Shown here in pieces: positions 27,246 through 32,000 of a stretch of 32,000 bases of DNA. The notes under the pieces were generated by a model. It worked only from the letters and a program-made list of their open reading frames with translations. It was not told the origin of the DNA and did no database searches. Made by a program: the position numbers and the translations under genes. Position 1 is the first letter of the stretch, and every line of letters starts with the position of its first letter. The DNA comes from an uncultured Chloroflexia bacterium. GTDB taxonomy: Bacteria; Chloroflexota; Anaerolineae; Anaerolineales; Anaerolineaceae. Location of the stretch: positions 4,830,001 to 4,862,000 of the forward strand of contig OY969938.1 in assembly GCA_963704755.1 (NCBI GenBank). The letters run 5' to 3'.

Positions 27246-27358
27246 GAAACTGCTCAGGCGCATGGTAAGGAGTTTCCGAATTTGAGGTGTGTCCAGGGAC
27301 TTCGCCCCCGCACACACCTCAAATTCGGAGTTCTACTTCACAAGGCCGGGCAGTGACC
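27246..27358. repeat. Long-form palindromic (REP/MITE-like) element, copy B (partly decayed)
   Basis: An 18-bp stem tccgaatttgaggtgtgt (27275..27292) pairs with acacacctcaaattcgga (27312..27329). The flanks gaaactgctcaggc / ggccgggcagtgacc align with copy A. Confidence 0.75.
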
Positions 27359-27391
27359 ATTTACTAGAGCGTAGGTATTTAAGGAGGCGCA

Positions 27392-27928
27392 ATGAGCGAC
27401 TTGTTTGATCGGGTTACGTCAGATCAGGATATCTTTAAAAAGCTGCTGGGCAAAATTCCGGGATTCAACGGATACATTGAGCGTGGTAACCGCCGTGTTT
27501 CTGATAAATTGCTGCGCGAAACGATCGCCAGCCATTATGAGGAATTATGGCAACGTCTGTCTGGTTTACAACGTGATTTCATTCGCCAGGGTGATATTAC
27601 CCACATTTCCGATCTGGAAGCGGCTTCGATCAAATTACGCCAATTTATCGATCGGGTGAAAACCGGTGCATATGGCTACACCGGCTTTTTCGACGCGGTG
27701 AAGATCAATCAAGACGACCTGGCCAAAGTTTACCAGTACGACCTGGAATTAATGAACCTGGCCGATGAAGTTTCCGGCGCTATCGATAATGTGGAAGCCT
27801 CGGTAGGCTCCGATGGATTACCGGCAGCGTTGCGGAACGTGGTTAGTGCGGCGCAAAAGTGTGTGACGGCTTACGAAAAACGCACTGAAGTCATGATGGG
27901 CGCCGGCAGCGCAAGTTCGGAACAATAA
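27392..27928 (+). CDS. Hypothetical protein (178 aa, predicted helical/soluble), first gene of a cassette with the SPFH-like gene
   Basis: A strong AAGGAGG SD lies 6 nt upstream of the ATG. Amino-acid usage looks coding. I recognise no family (MSDLFDRV...GFNGYIERGNRRVSDKLLRE...). Confidence 0.6.
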   Translation: MSDLFDRVTSDQDIFKKLLGKIPGFNGYIERGNRRVSDKLLRETIASHYEELWQRLSGLQRDFIRQGDITHISDLEAASIKLRQFIDRVKTGAYGYTGFFDAVKINQDDLAKVYQYDLELMNLADEVSGAIDNVEASVGSDGLPAALRNVVSAAQKCVTAYEKRTEVMMGAGSASSEQ

Positions 27929-27956
27929 TTTTCGGACGATTTTCATTTGATTCGAT

Positions 27957-28021
27957 GTGACTACTCAAATTCCGCTGTAGAACGACGAACGCCTGTTTTT
28001 TCTTATATGTTGAGTAGAAAC
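27957..28021. repeat. Short-form copy of the palindromic element (termini gtgactactcaa / ttgagtagaaac)
   Basis: The termini match the GTNACTNCTCA consensus. It lies between the two cassette genes. Confidence 0.5.
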
Positions 28022-28055
28022 GCAATGATCATCAATAAACGGGAGTAAAGCAAAG

Positions 28056-29104
28056 ATGGCCAGGATTTTTGATGTTGTTGAATATCCAACCGAGATGACG
28101 GATGAGCTCGTTCACCGTTTTCCCGAGCAAGGTGTTGCCGACTTGCGGATTGGATCACAGGTAATTGTGCGTGAATCGCAACGGGCAGTTTTCTTCCGCG
28201 ATGGCCGCGCACTGGATTTTTTGGCCCCGGACGCCATACGATTACAACCGCGAACATTCCGATTTTAGTCGATCTTATCGGCAAAGCCTTTAACGACCGG
28301 ACGCCTTTCGTCGCAGAAGTGTATTATGCGTCGATGCGCGAGTTTGCCGACCGGAAATGGGGTACCCCACAGCCGATTCTGGTCAAGAACCCAGGAATGG
28401 GCCTGGGAGTCGCTTTGCTGCAGGGTTTTGGCAGCTATTCGTTCCAGATCAGCGATCCGCAGCAGTTTGTCACCCAGATCGTCGGTGCACAGGGAATCTA
28501 CCGGATGGTGGATATCGAGAACCGGTTGCGGACGATGCTGCTGTCCAAGCTCCAGGACCTGTTGGGTGAAACAGCCGCCAAGAATTCTGTCGCCGATTTG
28601 ATCGGACTGGTGGAGGAAATTGGCGCCGGTGTACGGGCTAAAGCGCAGGACGATTTCGCCGCGATCGGTTTGTTATTGAAATCGTTCTACATTGGCAGCC
28701 TGAAGCCTTCCGAAAAGTCGGCCGAAGAACTGCGGGCAATGGGCATGTTGGATATGCAGACCTATACCCAACTGCAGGCCGCGGACGCGCTGCGCGATGC
28801 GGCGCAGAACCAGAGCGGTGGGGCCGGTTTGACCGCCGGTATTGGAGCCGGATTAGGGATTGGCAATGTTATCAGCCAGTCGCTGCAAGGAATGACCGGC
28901 GCAGGCGCCGCGACGGCTGCACCGGCAGCCAATAGCGTGGCCAGCACACCTGCGGTGATGACCCCAGCGGAAGCGGCCCAGGTGTTGCGGGTCTCGGAAG
29001 AGGATGTGGTCGCAGCGATCCAATCCGGCGACTTGAAAGCCCGGAAGATTGGCAGCGCTTATCGAATCAGCAAGGAAGCGCTGGATGATTTTCTAAAGGG
29101 GTAA
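28056..29104 (+). CDS. SPFH-like (COG4260/YdjI, 'virion core protein-like') protein with a C-terminal excisionase-type HTH; frame interrupted at a T6 run
   Basis: MARIFDVVEYP...LVHRFPE...IVRESQRAVFFRDGRALDF, then after a -1 shift GPGRHTITTANIPILVDLIGKAFNDRTPFVAEVYYASMREFADRKWGTPQPILV. The tail reads MTPAEAAQVLRVSEEDVVAAIQSGDLKARKIGSAYRISKEALDDFL. The frames join if T6 (28217..28222) is read as T7. Confidence 0.8.
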
Positions 29105-29113
29105 ACAAGCGAT

Positions 29114-29154
29114 AAAAAAAGGCCCGGCGGGATACCCCGCCGGGCCTTTTTTTT
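29114..29154 (+). terminator. Strong intrinsic terminator after the SPFH-HTH gene
   Basis: ggcccggcgg / gatacc / ccgccgggcc followed by T8, with an A7 run upstream. Confidence 0.85.
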
Positions 29155-29459
29155 CACTGCATAAAGAGGGTGTTTTTCTGTAATAGCCGGGTAGTTACTC
29201 GATCAGGTAAGAATTAAAATTCGTGCGAGGGATGATCGTGGTTAACCATTTCGGTCAGCGCCGGCGGACAGGAAGGATTATTTAAATTTCACCCCGTTGC
29301 TCCGCAAGGTCAACAATACGCTCCTGGTGTATAATTTTTTCGTGAAGTACGACCGTTCAAACAAGAGGGATTTTGTCGCTTTCTACGGCCATGTTCTGTG
29401 GAAACCCGCAAAATTGTTGTTATAGCACTAATCCAGCAACTTCCGAATTGGGAGATAAT

Positions 29460-30602
29460 ATGAATCTTCATGAATATCAATCGAAGCAGATTTTTGCCAG
29501 GTACGGTATTCCAATTCCGCATGGCCGGGTAGCGGGCAATTCGCACGAAGCCAAGCAAATCGCCGAAGAGCTCGGCGGGCGGGTAGTGGTGAAATCGCAG
29601 GTTTTAGTCGGTGGCAGGGGCAAAGCTGGCGGGATCCGCCTGGCAAAATCAGCCGCTGAGGCCGAGGAATTAGCCACGGCTATTCTACAAATGGAAATCA
29701 AGGGATTACCGGTTCGGAAAGTGCTCATCGATGAGGCAGTCAGCATCGAAAAAGAGATATACCTGGGCATCACCAATGACCGGACATCTCGCAAACCGGT
29801 CATTATGGCCAGCGCCGAAGGCGGTGTGGAAATCGAGGAAGTTGCGGCGCGCTCGCCGGAAAAAATCATTCGGGTTCATATCGATCCCCTATTGGGGCTG
29901 CGCGAATACCAATCCCGCGACATTGCGGTCTCGATCGATTTGCCCAAGGAACAATGGCAGGCGTTTATGAACGTGGCCGAGGGACTATGGCAGGTGTTCC
30001 GCGAAAATGACGCTACCCTGGCCGAGATCAATCCGTTAGTGATTACCAAGGACCAGCATTTGATCGCCCTGGATGGGAAAATGAGCATCGACGATAGCGC
30101 GCTGTTCCGTCACACCGATATTGCTGAAATGCGTGATTTAGATGTAGAAGCCGCACCGGAGATCGAAGCCCGCAAGTACGGGTTGACCTACATTAAATTA
30201 GATGGCCAGATTGGCTGTATGGTCAACGGGGCCGGGTTGGCGATGGCCACGATGGATATCATTAAGCTGCACGGCGGCGAGCCGGCCAACTTCCTGGATA
30301 TCGGCGGCGGTGCAGGCGCAGACAAGGTTGCGGCTGCATTAAGGATTATCCTGAGCGATCCGAACGTCAACGTGGTTCTGATCAATATTTTTGGTGGGAT
30401 CACCCGCTGTGATGAGGTAGCCCGCGGCATCCTGGCGGCGATGAAAGAGGTACAGCCGAAGGCACCCATGGTGGTGCGCCTGGTCGGCACGAACGCGGAA
30501 GAAGGACGCCAGTTATTGGCTGATGCAAAGATGATCACGGCCGAGACGCTGGTCGAAGCGGCCAAGAAGGCTGTACAGGCCTCTGTGGGAGAAAAACAAT
30601 GA
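29460..30602 (+). CDS. sucC: Succinyl-CoA synthetase beta subunit
   Basis: [22 protein letters not shown]... ATP-grasp domain plus ligase-CoA domain. The start is taken at ATG 29460 (GGGAGA SD), not the ORF-track 29373. Confidence 0.93.
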   Translation: MNLHEYQSKQIFARYGIPIPHGRVAGNSHEAKQIAEELGGRVVVKSQVLVGGRGKAGGIRLAKSAAEAEELATAILQMEIKGLPVRKVLIDEAVSIEKEIYLGITNDRTSRKPVIMASAEGGVEIEEVAARSPEKIIRVHIDPLLGLREYQSRDIAVSIDLPKEQWQAFMNVAEGLWQVFRENDATLAEINPLVITKDQHLIALDGKMSIDDSALFRHTDIAEMRDLDVEAAPEIEARKYGLTYIKLDGQIGCMVNGAGLAMATMDIIKLHGGEPANFLDIGGGAGADKVAAALRIILSDPNVNVVLINIFGGITRCDEVARGILAAMKEVQPKAPMVVRLVGTNAEEGRQLLADAKMITAETLVEAAKKAVQASVGEKQ

Positions 30603-31465
30603 GCATCCTGATCAACAAGAATTCCCGCATCCTGGTCCAGGGCGTCACCGGACGCGAAGGCCTGTTTCACACCGAGCAAATGGTACAGTATGGCACGAAC
30701 GTGGTTGCCGGGGTGACGCCGGGTAAAGGCGGCGATTGGGTCATGGATGGGAAAGTACCCGTGTTCGATTCCGCCAAGGTGGCCGTGGAAGCCACCGGCG
30801 CTAACGTTTCAGTAATTTTTGTGCCGGCCCGCTTTGCCGCTGACGCGATTTTCGAGGCAGCCGATGCCGGCCTGGAGTTGATTTTTTGCATCACGGAGAT
30901 GATTCCGGTGCAGGACATGATGCGGGTCAGGGAATACCTGGATAATAAGGACGTGCGCCTGGTCGGACCGAACTGCCCGGGCGCTTTGACCCCCGGCGAG
31001 GCAAAAGTAGGCATTATCCCGGGCAATATCGCCATTCCGGGCAATATCGGGGTAGTCTCACGTTCCGGTACGCTGACCTACGAAGTCTTGTACGCCTTGA
31101 AGAATCAGGGGATGGGCGCCAGCAGTTGTGTGGGTATCGGCGGCGACCCGGTCAACGGGACGAATTTTATCGATGTACTCAGCCTATTCGAGGCCGATCC
31201 ATACACCGACAAGATCGTGTTGATCGGTGAAATCGGTGGCTCGGACGAAGAACGGGCGGCCGAATATATTTCACGCTATATGACCAAACCGGTGGTTTCG
31301 TTTATCGCCGGGCAATCCGCTCCTCCCGGACGGCGGATGGGCCATGCCGGTGCGATTATTGAAGGCGGCAGCGGGACGGCCGCGGACAAGATCAAGGCCT
31401 TGAACAACGCCGGGGTACGGGTTGCCAACCACCCGGAAGAAATTCCGTCTTTGTTGAAAAATTAA
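30599..31465 (+). CDS. sucD: Succinyl-CoA synthetase alpha subunit
   Basis: [11 protein letters not shown]...GVTPGKGG...SRSGTLTYE...MGHAGAII (catalytic His). There is an ATGA overlap with sucC. Confidence 0.95.
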   Translation: MSILINKNSRILVQGVTGREGLFHTEQMVQYGTNVVAGVTPGKGGDWVMDGKVPVFDSAKVAVEATGANVSVIFVPARFAADAIFEAADAGLELIFCITEMIPVQDMMRVREYLDNKDVRLVGPNCPGALTPGEAKVGIIPGNIAIPGNIGVVSRSGTLTYEVLYALKNQGMGASSCVGIGGDPVNGTNFIDVLSLFEADPYTDKIVLIGEIGGSDEERAAEYISRYMTKPVVSFIAGQSAPPGRRMGHAGAIIEGGSGTAADKIKALNNAGVRVANHPEEIPSLLKN

Positions 31466-31490
31466 AGTTCATCGCCAGCGGGCGAATATA

Positions 31491-31534
31491 AAACAACCAC
31501 CGCAAGCCAGATTTGCTTGCGGTGGTTGTTTTTC
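31491..31534. terminator. Bidirectional terminator between sucD and the carrier-protein gene
   Basis: aacaaccaccgcaagc / loop / gcttgcggtggttgtt forms a 16-bp stem, with T runs after it on both strands. Confidence 0.75.
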
Positions 31535-31631
31535 AACCTGCCGGCCCGGGTGACGCATACTTCCCGATGGTTATTTGCCACGGGTCAAACCGGTTGGTTG
31601 AATTCTTGCGTGAATTGAATGAAAGAAAAAA

Positions 31632-31865
31632 TTACTTGTGGGACTGAATGAAGGTTACGGCATCCTGGACGCTCTTGATCTGGCGGGCGTCTTCATCGGA
31701 AATGGCAATATCGAACTTCTCACTCAAACCGTCGATCAGGAAAAACTGGTCCATTGAATCGGCTTTAAGATCTTCGATGAACCGAGTCTCCAGGCCGATC
31801 TCGGCGCCATCGACCTTGAGAACATCAACAATTACAGATTTCACATCGTCTAAAATATCGCTCAT
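31632..31865 (-). CDS. Acyl/peptidyl carrier protein-like (77 aa), divergent from housekeeping AcpP
   Basis: EDLKADSMDQFFLIDGLSEKF matches the DSL/DSxD phosphopantetheine-attachment pattern. The size is typical of a carrier protein. Confidence 0.7.
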   Translation of the reverse strand: MSDILDDVKSVIVDVLKVDGAEIGLETRFIEDLKADSMDQFFLIDGLSEKFDIAISDEDARQIKSVQDAVTFIQSHK

Positions 31866-32000
31866 CGGGTACCTCCGTAAAGGTGATAGGCTTGCGGTGA
31901 AGATATTGTAACTTCCCTGGGTAATCTGTCAAGTGAGACAGGCCGTTTATGGCCGGGTTTGGCGGAGAGCGCTTCATGCGGCAGGGTTTGGTCCCCCCAG

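Noticed and set aside
14476-28021. Possibility that the repeated palindromes are a CRISPR array or transcription-factor operators.
   Set aside because: The copies are kilobases apart, not regularly spaced, internally palindromic and of different lengths. The spacing between half-sites varies from about 30 to about 85 bp, which does not fit a single operator geometry.
29373-29459. N-terminal extension of sucC in the ORF track ([29 protein letters not shown]).
   Set aside because: SucC proteins start at MNLHEYQ. ATG 29460 has its own GGGAGA SD, and the extension has no homology-like features.

Overview
This window is a gene-dense chromosomal segment with GC-rich coding sequence and AT-rich spacers. 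It carries about 30 protein genes and no rRNA, tRNA or CRISPR that I could recognise. All calls rest on reading the ORF translations and the DNA by eye; no database search was run.

Gene content, left to right:
- An aspartase/fumarase-family lyase and a ferredoxin (- strand), then an EamA transporter (+).
- A tightly overlapping glgA-glgC-malQ glycogen operon (-).
- An MtaD-type amidohydrolase fused to a CYTH domain, preceded by a CinA-like gene (-).
- yraN-miaA and an acyl-CoA ligase (+).
- A 12-gene co-oriented minus-strand block: flp pilin, cpaB, REC-cpaE, cpaF, tadB, tadC, comFC, hpf, efp, a Cys-rich small protein, a HAD-DinB fusion and ftsH.
- A two-gene cassette on the + strand: an unknown helical protein plus an SPFH-like protein ending in an excisionase-type HTH.
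- sucCD (+) and a divergent carrier protein (-).

The Tad/Flp locus has no secretin, which suggests a monoderm host. A Chloroflexota/Anaerolineae-like origin is only a low-confidence guess.

Most notable observations:
1. A family of short palindromic elements sharing GTNACTNCTCAG-type termini populates at least five intergenic regions. Two of them are about 112 bp with a CCGAATTTGAGGTG hairpin core.
2. Three genes (hpf, cpaB and the SPFH gene) need a 1-nt frame correction. Two of these sit in 6-nt homopolymer runs, so the cause is either assembly indels or slippage switches.
3. The secretin-less, peptidase-less Tad operon runs straight into comFC.
4. There are several unusual domain fusions: MtaD-CYTH, HAD-DinB with a Cys-rich partner, SPFH-HTH, and a canonical receiver on CpaE.
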